This document shows, piece after piece, positions 13,470 through 27,300 of a stretch of 64,000 nt of DNA. This DNA is from the human T2T-CHM13v2.0 reference genome, Homo sapiens. The notes under the pieces were generated by a model that made no database searches, was not told the DNA's origin, and worked only from the letters and a program-made list of their open reading frames with translations. Each line of letters starts with the position of its first letter. The stretch's first letter is position 1. The DNA is taken from assembly GCF_009914755.1 (NCBI RefSeq), contig NC_060927.1, one strand, 5' to 3'. The position numbers and the translations under genes are program-made.

Positions 13470-13945
13470 ACTGGTAGCATCACCCAAGATGGCCCCCAAG
13501 GGTCACTATCTCCTGGTAATCATGTCCTTATATAAGTTTTTCCTGTTTGCCTATGGGCTGGACTTAGTAATTTGCTTCTAATAAATGTAATGAGTGGAAG
13601 TACTAGTATGAGTTTTTCTCTCTATCCCTCTCCTACTTTGTTGGAAGCCAGCTGCCAAGTCAGGAACAGCCAAAAGAAGAGGCTCAATTGGCAAGGAAAT
13701 GTAGTCTCCTGCCGACGGCCATGGGAGTGAGTTTGGAAACCGACCCCCTATCCCCAGTCATCTCTTCAGGTGAGTGGTGCCCCAGGAAACAAGTTTATTA
13801 CAAGTTCAGGGGAAACTCAGAATCATCCAGCTATGCTGCTCCCAGATTCCTGGCCTTCAGAAACTGTGTGAGATAAAAATGTTTTGTTGTTTTAAAATGT
13901 TCATATTAGGGTAAATTTGTTACGCATCAACAGAGTAATGATATG
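13470..13945 (+). mobile_element. MLT1F-type MaLR solo LTR
   Basis: aagatggcccccaag...tgggctggacttagtaatttgcttctaa...cccagattcctggccttcagaaactgtgtgagataa. Confidence 0.8.
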
Positions 13946-14524
13946 AAGGCAGAGCTGTTATCAGAGGATCATGTTCTTGCTGAGCAGATAGAAATTTCTT
14001 GAGTAAAGCGTGGAATCACTATTGTTTGTTTTCAGGTTTTAACAACACATTTGAACAATGATATAAAGCTCGAATTATTAGTTAAAATTGTTCAATTATT
14101 AGTTCAAAGTTGAAATTATCATTTTTAATGAGCCCATTACTCAGTCACAGGGATGGAAAGCACTGATGGCACTCCTCATTTACCAACCACCATGGCCACA
14201 GTTAGCATTTCTAGCTATTTACTGAGGCTCCACCTAATCAGGGCAGATCTTAAATCCACCTCGCCTGTTGGGGTGAATAAACACTTCTTACAATTCCTGC
14301 AGGTGACAACAACTTTGCAAACAACATTCACAGGTGGATTGGATCCTTTATATTGTGACAACAAAACCTCTAATTGAGGACTTAAAATAGATTCTATTTT
14401 TCAGACAAAGAACTATTTACCTAGCAATCTTTTCAAGTAGATCAGTGTTTTAATCATGGCTTGACACCGTGAGGAAGCATGCTAAACAGTCCCTCCTTGG
14501 TCATTAAAAATATCAGGCTTAGGC

Positions 14525-14824
<300 letters not shown>

Positions 14825-15780
14825 GAAATTAGGCTTAGACTAGCATAAAAATGAAGGTCACCATGAAACCATGCCAAGTCCAAGAAGCAATATGTCATCA
14901 CTGGTGAACAGGTGGAGGAAACCTCCTGTGAGTTGATTTTCAGGAGATTTCAGAAACTTCAAGCAACAGCCAAAGCTGGCCGTGACTTCCTAGATGGAGA
15001 AAAGAGAATGAATACAAGCGCTTCGTTGTCAAGGCAAGGGGACAATTCTGATGACAGCCTGGCATCTACATTCAAATGATTTCCCAGGTATCTCCCATTT
15101 GGATTCACTTTGGGATCCCATGGATAACAGAGGGGACCTAAATAAAACATGAAACAACTGTGTCACTAAAAACTATCAGATATTGGGATCACTGCCTGGA
15201 ATTCATTTAGCAGAGTAGAGTACTAAGAATGGAGAGCTATTAATTGATTCCTCAAAAATTTACCTGTGAATTGTGACAATGTTTTGGGGATGAGGTGGTA
15301 TTTGTAACAGAGAAGAGGATACACTAGCACAACAAAATCTGGTGGAGATACCCTTTGGAGTACTGCAGTGTCCAGAAAGCAGTGTAATCCCCCAGAAATG
15401 GGTTGTTTTTTAAGCAAATGTAAAGCAACCTCTGGATACTCCCAGGATCATTTTGGAGGTGGAGCCTTTCCAAAGTAGAGACAAGGGCCAGTGAAATCTG
15501 AGTAATTAAAATTGCCATGACTATAGACGTGTTTCCATGCCCATGATGCCTGGGAAGAATGTATATGCATATTTTAACCAGAAAGCTGAGAAAGGAAGAA
15601 AGAAGAAAGGCACTTTCTAAGAATTAGGATAGATAGATTACATCCTTGCAACAGGTATAAAGACTTCTAAGGGAGATATACTGCAACTACAAAGACACAA
15701 GGCTTAGTAACTTCATATTATAATCTAATATTATATACACAGCATATAGTATACCTTCTTAGTATACAGAGATCCTGCAT

Positions 15781-16658
15781 TATATTTGATTTCTATTAGT
15801 GTTATAACAAATTACAAGCAACTTAGTTGCTTAAAACAACAAAGAATTATTACCTTACAGTTCTGGAGATCAGAAGTCCAAATCAGTGTCAGTGGGTGAA
15901 AATCAAGGTGTTGGCAGGCCTGCATTCGTTGTGCAGACCCTAGGGGAGAATCCAGTCTCTTGCCTTTTGCAGCTTCTGGACCCTGACTATGTTCCCTGGC
16001 TCGCAGACCCTCCTCAATTTTAAAACCCAGCTGGGTTGCATCTTCTCTTTTCTCTGACCTCTACTTCTGTGTTTACATTGTCTCTCTCCAGTTTTGTTCT
16101 TTCTGTCTCCCTCTTATAAGGATGCTTGTGATTATAATACATTGGCTGACCCAGATAATTCTGAATAATCTTCCTATCTCAAGATCATTAATTATATCTG
16201 CAAATTCTCTTTTACCATGTAAGACAACATATTTACAGATTCTGAGGATTAGGACTTAAACATTATTGGAAGGGGAGGTGTATTAGTTCGTCTTCACGTT
16301 GCAGATAAAGGCATACCCGAGACTGCGTAATTTATAGAAGAAAATGGTTTAATGGACTTACAGTTCCACATGGCTGGGGAAGCCTCACAATCATGACTGA
16401 AGGCAAGGAGGACCAAGTCACGTCTTACATGGATAGCAGCAAGCGAAGAGAGAGCTTGTGCAGAGAAACTCTCTCTAATGAAACCATCAGATCTTGTGAG
16501 ACTTATTCACTATCATGAGAACAGCATGGGAAAGACCTGCCCCCACGATTCAATTACCTCCTACTGGGTCCCTCCCACAACACGTGGGAATTCAAGATGA
16601 GATTTGGATGGGGACACAGCCAAACCATATCAGGGACATCATTTATTCAGCTACCACA
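15781..16658 (-). mobile_element. MLT1C/D-type MaLR LTR, interrupted by THE1 at 16279-16632
   Basis: ttataacaaattac...aaaatcaaggtgttggcagg...ccagataatt...; resumes after THE1 and ends attcagctaccaca. Confidence 0.85.
16279..16632 (-). mobile_element. THE1B-like solo LTR
   Basis: tgtattagt...gcaaggaggaccaagtcacgtcttacatgg...gggacacagccaaaccatatca; 354 bp. Confidence 0.93.
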
Positions 16659-18159
16659 TGCATATACAGGAGCCATGAATTTATACCCCATAACAAATTA
16701 TTTCCTTTTCCATTTTTTCCTCATTCCCAGCGTATAAATTTTCTTGTTCATTGCCTTATTTTCTTTTGCTTTAAATACTTAGAATTTCAAGTTAAAGCCA
16801 CTTCAAAATCCCATCTCTGATTTAATTTTTAGATCAGTGATTTATTAGATAGGGTTTTGCTTGTTTTTACTGGTATACAATAAAGGATAGTATTACTAAA
16901 TTATGAAATGCTATAAGATCCATCTATTTCAACTCAAGGAGTACAGAACTATGTGACTCCTGCTGATCAGCCAAGGTTTTACAATTTTCATGATTACTCT
17001 TTCTTGCCACTGTGGTTTCCCTGTATCACTTCTTTCTGAATATAATAACATCATCGTCATTAATTATAATTACACCTAATCTACCATCTGGTGATTATTT
17101 TTCCTTCTTCATTTCTGATTCCTTATATTATTTTTCTGCAACAGTGAACAAATTTAAATTAACCTTCCTATTTACTATGTGTTTACATTTTAAAACATTC
17201 TTCATTTTACAAAGACTCTCTTTTTTTTGTTAAAAAAAAAAAACCTGCTTTCTTGGGGACACATATATGTATAAAACTAAAGAACTTAAAAATTGTCAAG
17301 TTTCTGCTATGCAAATCTCATTCTAGCACTACAACTTCTGTTCAAACAGAGCACAAGTGTTTCTATCCACTTCATCCCAAAAGAGCTGGATAAAAGAAAT
17401 CCCCTCTTTAGTAACCTGGCCTTGTTTCATGAGCTTTTTTCAAAAGACCACATCCTAATCTGCTAACACTAAGGTAACTACATAACATTACAGTGGATGG
17501 AAATCTGTCCAATTACAAATTTTCACAGGCCTGCTATTAAGTTTCAAATAATTGCTCAATTCTTGCATAACACGAGCTATTAACATAGCTTATCATGTAG
17601 CATGCCAGTATTGAATTCCCATCTAAGGGGTTATTTAATAATGGCATTGAAATAAAAAAATGAAATCTCTAGACCCTGAGCAATATCACTGCTTTTACAT
17701 GCTCTGCAGTCTGTAATAGGCTATTAGATAAAAGATAGTAATGCATTCTGGAGGAACAGGTCCATTGACAATGAATAAAGGGCATGATTTTATTCTTGCT
17801 TCACAAAGAATGATTTCTGTATCTTTCGTAAAAGAATTATTGTCTTCAAAAGCTTTCAGACTTATATCATTTTGCAGCTGGCATATACCTCTAGTTCTGG
17901 ACATCTTAAGAAGGAGAGCCAGAAACATTCTAGAATATATACAAAAATATCTCAGAACATGGATGTTTTGAAATGTTAAAATCATGAAGAATTGTAAGTT
18001 AATATTATTAATATCTTACATATCTAATGAAGAATAAGGAAGAAAGGAACTGTATCTTGAATATCGGTTATAAGATTTAGAGTATAGAATTTTAAAACAT
18101 ATTTCCTACTAATAAAACAAATATTCACAATACAAATGTTTTAAATTTTTAATGTTTTT

Positions 18160-18192
<33 letters not shown>

Positions 18193-18200
18193 CTGTGTGT
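18160..18200. repeat. (TA)n(TG)n compound microsatellite
   Basis: Seen directly. Confidence 0.95.
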
Positions 18201-19633
18201 TTCTAAGTTACTCAAATATTTAATACCAGGACAATTTCTGTATAAATATTCATACATTTTTACTATGTTTTAAATGTTCAAAAATAAATACATTAATAAT
18301 TCTCAAAGAAGTTCACTCTGATTTTTCTATGATTAGCCAAACACTCAAGGGCAGTGCATATGGAATTTTTAACATCTCCAGGAGCCAGAGTCATCAGAAC
18401 CTAAGCCAAGCACACTCCATTTCTGTGCCTCACTTACCCTGCAGCTCTTTACCATAAGAGGGAATTTGAAAAAAGACACTTTGCTTTTGTTTAAAAATCA
18501 TAATGTACTCTCAAGTTACTATGGTGATACCCCCGGGACTTGAAAGGATTTAAAAGTGGCATGAGCTTCCTGTATATGTTCATCATTTAAAATGCTTATC
18601 CGTTAAAAGGCAAGTCATTAAACATATTTGAAAAATTTAAGAATTTAAAGTGTTGAGCAAAAAGAAAAAAACAGTAAAGAAACTTCCCATGCTCTTTACA
18701 GATATCAAAGAGATTTTGAGTGTGATACTTCCCTTTGATTTGCGAAAATCATTTGAATGCTAAATATTGAATCTCACTACAGCTTAGCCATATATTTTAG
18801 TTTATGCTAGTATAGGACAAACTGCCTTTGATGATTTGAAGCAACATAATGAGTATTGTCAGTTCATGTTTTTTGACGGATTCTGAAGAAGAAACAGAAA
18901 GAAACTAAAAGATAAAAGAACTATTTTGATTATTTGGAGACAGACCATTGTGGCCATCAGAACATCGTCCACTAGTTTGAGAATTAACCTCAGTAAAAAA
19001 CAAAGATATTTTGCAGCCATTGTTTTAAAACAAAAGAGAGATCTCTTTTATTAAAGCATCAGACAGGCTACAAAATAAGAAAACTGATTGACCAAGAAGA
19101 GAGGATCTGTCAGAATTTTAAAAAGAAAATTAAGCACAGGATCACGGTTTGCCCATCTATCACAGCAAGTTATTTTAGCAAAGTAATGAAGACAATGACC
19201 TTGTTTCCATGCAAAACCTGGATTGAGTTACTTTGCAAATTCAGTCAGCTTCATTAACAGCAACAACTACAAAAAGTTTGAAAATATATTCAGTGAGCTT
19301 CTTGAAGTTGGCTTATCTATCTTATACATAAATAGTGTATTTCGTTTGGAAGTATCACATGTATTATGGATGCAAGGACAGAGCAAAAGCAGTTTTCAAA
19401 GAAAGTTAGAAATAAAGATCTATTTGTTCTCTCACAGTTTTAGCCTAGAGCTGAGATGTCCTAAAGATTCTGAGATACAGGATTTGTTTCAAGGTGTTCT
19501 ATTTGTATGAAAGATAAGGAAATATTAATATCCTTTTCTGTTTTGGGGGGTGGTACCCACATAAAAGGTGTTAATATCACCATCAAGAAACTCACTGTGG
19601 AGGCTCATTTCAAGTATAAAGAACTAACTTTGA

Positions 19634-19659
<26 letters not shown>
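19634..19659. repeat. (TA)n microsatellite
   Basis: Seen directly. Confidence 0.95.
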
Positions 19660-19667
<8 letters not shown>

Positions 19668-21174
19668 TTATATGTCACTCATCACATGACATATCACATG
19701 CATTCATAATAGAAAACTTTTATTAACTTTATTCAGAGAGGCAAGATTTTTAATTGTTGTTTTTTAATATAGTGAGACAGTTGTATACCCCTCCGCTGTT
19801 AGAAGTGGCAGTTGGCACAGACCTAATTCTGGGTGCTAATCCCAGCACAGTACCAACTTATTTCATTATGTGGGAGAAAGTTATTTTGCCTCTCTAGGTT
19901 TTAATTTTTTTTCTGTGTGAAACAAGTTGAGCAGCATGTTTCTTAAAAAAAAATCAGTATTTTCTGTTCGTTTATGAAACTCGTGGCCAATAACCACTGT
20001 GAACATCTATTACATAAGTTGATATCCCTGGAGGGTTTTGTTTGGTTGTTTAACTAAAGAAAGAAAGAAGCTGTTTATTTTTGGTTTTGCTGTATTTCAC
20101 CCCACCCCACACAGGGGCAACAGAAGGGAGAGGAAGGAAAGCTGAGTTTTCCCTCATCCTCACCACCTTCCTCTATCTTACTTTACCAGGTTTGAGTGAC
20201 TAATTGGAAGCTCTAAAGAAATTAGAGGTAAATATCTAGCAGCTGAATAAGATTTGTTCATAAAATGCTGGGAGAATCTACTTCCGTTAGGATGTGCCAC
20301 TTGAGGGCTCTCCTTTGGTGAGGGGGAGATTTCACCATGTTAACAGCAGTACCACAACACGAGCTTCACCCTCAAAACCACACTCATACCTCCCACCGCA
20401 GACCTCAGTGCATTAGGAGCGGGCAGGCATGGAGATACAGCCATGACACATGGAAGAGCATTCCTTGAAAAATACCTGAAGAAAGATATCCTGGTGAAGA
20501 ACCGAGAACACGTGTGGCCTGCGATGTATTTCTATGGGGTGCTCCGAGTCAGTTGTTAAGGGATGAACAAGAATGGACTAAGGTCTTTCATCAGGAGATA
20601 GGGAGCTAATAGCCATTATTTTTTTAATTACTTTAATGAGACCTCATTTGTCCTCAGAGATTAGTGCAACTTGCATACAATACAGATTATAACATTATTC
20701 TCAATTGGCCACACAGACAGGTTTTGGAATACCTAAACAATGCCCTAAAACTGTCAGAACAGATGAAACCTATTCTGTAGAAAGTGCCACAGAGTGCAGG
20801 ACAAATTCATGCTCTTAAGAGTTTATTATCTAGTATGTGTAATGAAAAAGTCTTGGAGAGGAGCATGGAGACCTGAGCTATGGCTTTGAGTTTGTCATTG
20901 TGTGAAATTAGAGCTGTCCCTTCCTCTCTGTGGGCCTCTTCCCATATAGTCCAAGACCTCAGCTTCCTTCTATGTTAAATGAGGAGCTGAGGTCAATGAA
21001 ATGAAGATACTCTTATTGCTCTAATTGTATTCTTGTAGTTGGATAGACAAAATCTTATAGAATAGAAAAGAATCTAATAGAATAGACAGAAAATAATAAC
21101 CAACAATCCAAAGCTATATATGATGAAATGTTAAATTGTGTGCTGAGGACTAAGAGTATTTATAAAAGTTCAAA

Positions 21175-21305
21175 TTAGCTTACCAAGTTGAGAGCTCTTT
21201 GAGGGCAGGGACAATGTCAAAGTCATCTTTCAATCATGGGTAGTTAACACTGCACCTAGCACAGAGTATACCTAATTAAACTATTTTAATAATTCCAGTG
21301 AATAG
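21175..21305 (+). mobile_element. L2 3' terminal fragment
   Basis: gagagctctttgagggcagggacaatgtc...cactgcacctagcacagagta. Confidence 0.65.
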
Positions 21306-21383
21306 ATGACAATAAGGTGTATGCAAAATTCTTTGTGTTTTACCAAAATACATTTAAAAGCCTAAACTCAATAAAAACAAGAT

Positions 21384-24311
21384 TAGTTGAAGATTTTTTT
21401 CTTTAAGAATGTTGAATATAGGCCCCAAATCTCTTCTGACTTGTAGGGTTTCATCTGAGAGATCTGTTTGTTAGCCTGATAGGATTCCCTATGTAGGTGA
21501 CCTGCTCTTTCTTTCTAGCTGGCTTTAACATTTTTTTTTCATTTCAACATTAGAAAATCTGATGATTAGGTATCTTAGGGATGATCTTCTTGTGTAGAAT
21601 CTTGCAGCAGTTCTCTGTATTTCCTGAATTTGATTGCTGGGCTCTCTAGCAAGCTTGAAGAAGTTGCCATGTATGATATCCTAAAATATGTTTTCCAAGT
21701 TGTTTGCTTTCTCATTCTCTCTTTCAGGGATGCCAGTGATTTGTAGATTTGGCCTCTTTACATAATCCCATTAATACGGTATGGCTCTGTGTCCTCACCC
21801 AAATCTCATCTCGAATTGTCATCTTCACGTGTCAAGGGAGGGGCCTGGTAAGAGGTGATTGAATCCTGGTTGGACATCCCCCTTGATGTTCTCATGATAA
21901 TGGGTGAGTTCTCATGCGATCAATTTGTTTGAAAGTGTGTGTCCCTTCCCCCTTCCCTCTCTGTCTCTCTTGCCACCATGTGAAGAAGGTCCTTTATTAC
22001 CCTTTGCGTACTGCCATGATTGTAACTTTCCTGAGGCCTCCCAGTCATACTTCCTGTTATAAGCCTGTGGAACTGTGAGTCAGTTAAACTTATTTTCTTC
22101 ATAAATTGTTCAGTCACAGGCAATTCTTTATAGCAGTGTGAAAATGACTAATACAGAAAATTGGTACCAGGAAAGATAGGGCATTGTTATCAAGATGCCT
22201 GAAAATGTGGAAGCAGCTTTGGAACTGGGTAATGGGTAGAGGCTGGAACACTTTGAAGAGTTCAGAAGATGACAGGAAGATGTTGGAAAGTTTGGAACTT
22301 CCTAGAAACTTGTTGAATGGTTTTGGGCAAAATGCTGATAGTGGTATGAAAAATGAAATCCAGGCTGAGGTGATCTCAGATGGAGATGAGGAACTTACTG
22401 GGAACCGGAGTAAGGTCAGTTTTGTTATGCTTAAGCAAAGAGACTGGAAGTATTCTGTCCCTCTTCTAGACATCTGTGGAACTTTGAACTTAAGAGAGAT
22501 GATTTAGGGTATCTGGAAGAAGAAATTTCTAAGCAGTAAAGCATTCAGTATTTGGCCTGGCTGTTCCTATCAGTGTATAGTCATTTGCATTCACAAAGAA
22601 ATAGTCTGAAATTAGAATTTATGTTTAAAAGAGAAGCAGAGCATAAAAGTTTGGAAAATTTTCAACCTGACCATGTGGTAGAAAAGAAAAACCCATTTTC
22701 TGGGGGGAAATTCAAGCCAGCTGTAGAAATTTGTATAAGTAAAAATAAGCCAAATGTTAATAGCCACGACGATGGGAAAAATGTCTTCAGAGCATGTGAG
22801 AGAACTTCCTGGCAGGCCCTTCCATCACAAGCCTAGAAGCTCAGGAGGAAAAAATGGTTTTGTGGGCCAGGCTTAGGGCCCCTGGGACATGGCACCCTGT
22901 GTCCCAGACATGGCTAGAAGTGGCCAAGGTACAGCTAGGGCCATTGCTTCAGAGGGTGTATGCCCTATGGATTGGTGGCTTTCATGTGGTGTTGGGCCTT
23001 CGGGTGTGCAGAAGGCAAGAGTTGAGGTTTGAAAGCCTCCATCTAGATTTCAGAGGATGTATGGAAACACCTGGATGCCCAGGCAGAAGTCTGCTGCAGG
23101 AGAAGAGCCCCCATGGAGAACGTCTACTAGGGCAGTGCAGAGGGGAAATGTGGGGTTGGAGCCCCAGCACAGAGTCCCCATGGGAGAGCTGTGAGAAGAG
23201 GGCCACTGTCCTCTAGACCCCAGAATGGTAAATCCACCAACACCTCACACTGTGTGCCTGGAAAAGCTGCAGGCACTTAATGCCAGCCACTGAAAGTAGC
23301 CATGAGGGCTGTACCCTGCAAAGCCAGAGACACAGAGTTGCCCAAGGCTTTGGGAGCCCACCCCTTGCATCAGCGTGCCCTCAATATGAGACATGGAGAC
23401 AAAAGTGCTCATTTCAGAGCTTTAAATTTTAATGACTGCCCTGCTAATTTTCAGACCTTCTTGGGGCCTGTAGTGCCTTTGTTTTGACCAATGTCTCCCC
23501 TTTGGAGTGAGAACATTTATCCAATGCAGGTACCCCCATTGTATATTGGAAGTAACTAACTTGTTTTTTATTTTACAGGCTCGTAGGCAGAAGGGACTTG
23601 CCTTGTGTAAGATGAGATTTTAGACTTGGACTTTTGTGTTAACGCTGGAATGAGTTAAGACTTTAGGGGACTGTTGGGAAGGCATGACTGCATTTTGAAA
23701 TTTGAGAAAGATATAAAATTTTGGAAGTGCAGGGGCAGTATAATATGGTCTGGCTCTGTTTCCCCACCCAAATCTCATCTTGAATTGTAATCCCCATGTG
23801 TCAAGGGAAGGGCCTGGTAGGAGGTAATTGAATCAGGGTGGTGGACTTCCCCCTTGCTGTTCTCATGATAGTGAATGAGTTCTCAGGAGACATGGTTGTT
23901 TGGAAGTGTGTGGCACTTCCCTTTTTGCTTTTTCTCTCCTGCTCCACCATGGGAAGATATGCTTTGCTTCCCCCTTTGCCTTCCTCCATGACTGGAGATA
24001 AGTTTCCTGAGGCCACCCCAGCCATGTGGAACTGTGAGTCAATTAAACCTCTTTTCATAAATTACCCAGTCTCTGGTAGTTCTTTATAGCACTGTGAGAA
24101 TGATGAATACACCCATACATTTTGGAGGTTTTGTCCGTTCCTTTTTATTATTTTTTCTTCATTTTTGTCTGACTGTCTTATTTGAGAGATTCTTTCCTCA
24201 ACTTGGCTTATTCTGCTGTTAATACTTGTGATTCCATTGTGAAATTCTTGCATCGTGTTATTCAGCTCTGTCAGACCTGTTAGCTTCTATTTTACACAAA
24301 CTATTTAGTCC
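21384..24311 (-). mobile_element. Old L1PA (13-16-like) ORF1 segment, split by the THE1D provirus (L1 parts 21384-21771 and 24112-24311)
   Basis: ttctttaagaatgttgaatataggcccc...tatttcctgaatttga...ttttccaagttgtttgc is antisense L1 ORF1; continuous across the CCCAT duplication. Confidence 0.88.
21772..24111 (+). mobile_element. Full-length THE1D/MSTA-type MaLR provirus (LTRs 21772-22155 and 23741-24111)
   Basis: Two LTRs flank a ~1.6 kb MaLR internal region beginning gaaaattggtaccagg; perfect 5-bp TSD CCCAT (21767-21771/24112-24116). Confidence 0.95.
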
Positions 24312-24312
24312 C

Positions 24313-27300
24313 TCTGCCATTCTTAATAGAACTAGAAAAGGCTATTTTAAAATTCATATGGTACCAAAAAAGAGCCTGGAGAGCTAACAAGGCAATCCTA
24401 ACCAAAAAGAATAAAGCTGGAGGGATCACATTACTTGACTTCAAACTATATTACAGGTCTATAGTAACCAAAACAAGATGGTACTGGTACAAAAACAGGT
24501 ACATAGACCAGTGGAACCGAATAGAGAGCCCAGAAATAAGGCTGCACACCTACAACCATATGATCTTTGACAAAGCTGACAAAAACAAGCAATGGAAGAA
24601 TGAATCCTTATTTAATAAATTGTGCTGGGATAACTGGCTAGCCATATGCAGAAGATTAAAGCGGGACCTTCCTTACACCTTATAAAAAATTAACTTAAAA
24701 TGGCTGAAGACTTAAATGTGAAACCCAAAACTATAAAAACCCTGGAAGATAACCTAGGCAATACCATCCTGCACATAGGTACGGGCAAAGATTTCATGAC
24801 AAAGATACCAAACACAATCACAAAAAAAGCTAAAATTGACAACTGGGATGTAATTAAACTTAAGAGCTTCTGCGCAGCAAAAAGAAACTACCAACAGTGT
24901 AAACAGACAACCTACACAGAGGGAGAAACATTTTGCAAACTATGCATCTGACAAAGGCCTGATATATTGCACCTATAAGAAACTTAAACCAATGTAGAAG
25001 AGAAAAATAAACAACTCCATTGAAATACGGAAAAAACATAAACAGACACTTTTTAAAAGTAGACATATATGCAGCCAACAAGCACGTGAAAAAAAGCTCA
25101 ATATCAGTGGTTACTAGAGAAATGCGACACCATCTCACACTTGTCAGATGGCTATTGCTAAAAAGTCAAAAAATAACGGATGCTGGAGAGATTGTGGAGA
25201 AAAGGGAACACTTATACACTTTTGGCTGGAGTATAAATTAGTTCAACCATTGTGGAAAGCATTGTGGTGATTTCTCAAAGAGCTAAAAGCAGAACTACCA
25301 TTTGACCCAGCAATCCCATTACTGGGTATATGTCCAGAGGAATATAAATCATTCTACTATGAAGACACATGCATGTGAATGTTCACTGCAGTCCTCTTCA
25401 CAAAAGCAAAGATATGGAATCAACCTAAATGCCCATGAATGACAGACTGGATGAAGAAAATGTAGTACATATACACCAAAGAACACTATGCAGCCATTAA
25501 AAATTGAGATCATATTTTTTGTGGAAGCAAGGATGGAGCTGGAAGCCACTATACTTAGCAAACTAATGCAGGAATAGAAAACCAAATACTGTATGTTCTT
25601 ATTTATACATGGAAGCTAAAATATGAGAACTTATTGTATTAGACCATTTTCATGCTGTTGATAAAGACATACCTGAGACTGGGCAATTTACAAAAGAAAG
25701 AGGTTTAATTGGACTTACAGTTCCACATGGCTGGGGAAGCCTCACAATCATGGTGAAAGGCAAGGAGGAGCAAGTCACGTCTTACATGGATGGCAGCAAG
25801 CAAAGAGAGATTTTGCAGGAAAGCTCCCCTTTATAATAACTATCAGGTCTTGTGAGACTTACTCACTATCACGAGAACAGCACAGGAAAGTTCAGCCTTT
25901 GTGATTCAATTACCTCCCATGGGGTCCCTCCAACAACATATTGGAATTTAAGATGAAATTTGGGTGGGGACACAGACAAACCATATAATTCTGCCCCTGG
26001 CCCTCCCAAATCTCATGTTCTAACATTTCAAAACCAATCATGCCTTTCCAACAGTCCCCCAAAATCTTAACTCATTTCAGCATTAACTCAAAAGTCCATA
26101 GTCCAAAGTCTCATCTGAGACAAGGTCAGTCCCTTCCACACATGAGCCTGTAAAATCAAAAGTAAGTTAGTTACTTCCTAGATACAATAAGAGAACAGGC
26201 ACTGGATAAATACAGCCATTTGAAATGGGAGACATTGGCGAAAATGAAAGGACTTACAGGCCCCATGCAAGTGTGAAATCCAGCAGGGCAGTCAAATCTT
26301 AAAGCTGCAAAATAATCTCCTTTGACTCCATGTCTCACATCCAGGTCACGCTGATGCAAGAGGTCGGTTCCCATGGTGTTGGGCAACTCTGCCTCTGTGG
26401 CTTTGCAGGGTATATCCCCCCACTTCTCGCTGCTTTCATGGGTTGGTGTTGAGTGTCTGTGGATTTTCCAGGTGCACAGCGCAAGCTGTCCATTGATCTA
26501 CCATTCTGGGGTCTGAAGGACGGTGGTCCTCTTCTCACAGCTCCACTAGGTGGTGCCCCAGTAGGGACTCTGTGTGTGGGCTCCAATCCCACATTATCCT
26601 TCTGCACGGCCCTAGCAGACGTTCTCCATGAGGGCCCTGCCCCTGCAGCAAACTTTTGCCTGAACATCCAAGGTGTTTCCATACATCCTCTGAAATCTAG
26701 GCGGAGGTTCCTAAACCTCTATTCTTGCCTTCTGTGCACCCACAGTCTCAACACCACATGGAAGCTGCCAAGGCTTGGGGGTTCCACCCTTTGAAGCAAC
26801 AGCCCAGGCTGTACCTTGCTTGGCCCCTTTTGGTCATGGCTGGCGTGGCTGGGACACAGGGCATCAAGTTCCTAGACTGAACACAGCATGGGAACCCTGG
26901 GCCCAGCCCACAAAACCATTTTATCCTAAGCCTCCTGGCCCTGTGATGGGAGGAGCTGCTGTGAAGACCTCCTGACATGCCCTGGAGACGTTTTCCTCAT
27001 TCCTTTGGGGATTATCATTTGGCTTCTCATTACTTATGCAAATTTCTGCAACCAGCTTGAATTTCTGCTCAGAAAATGGGTTTTTCTTTTCTATCACACT
27101 TTCAGGCTGCAACTTTTCCAAACCTGTATGCTCTGCTTTCCTTATAAAACTGAATGTCTTCACAGCACCCAAGTCACTACTTGAATGCTTTGCTGCTTAT
27201 AAATTTCTTCCGACAGATACCCTAAATCATCTCTCTTGAGTTCAAAGTTCCACAGATCTCTAGGACGGGGCAAAATCTCACTAGTCTCTTTGCTAAAACA

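Noticed and set aside
20160-20600. Possible exon after a pyrimidine tract ending ctttaccag
   Set aside because: No convincing ORF or matching donor; cannot be supported without transcript data
22114-23487. Run of overlapping ORFs suggesting a gene
   Set aside because: Fragments of the decayed MaLR internal ORF, broken by stops and frameshifts; same for 26171-27498
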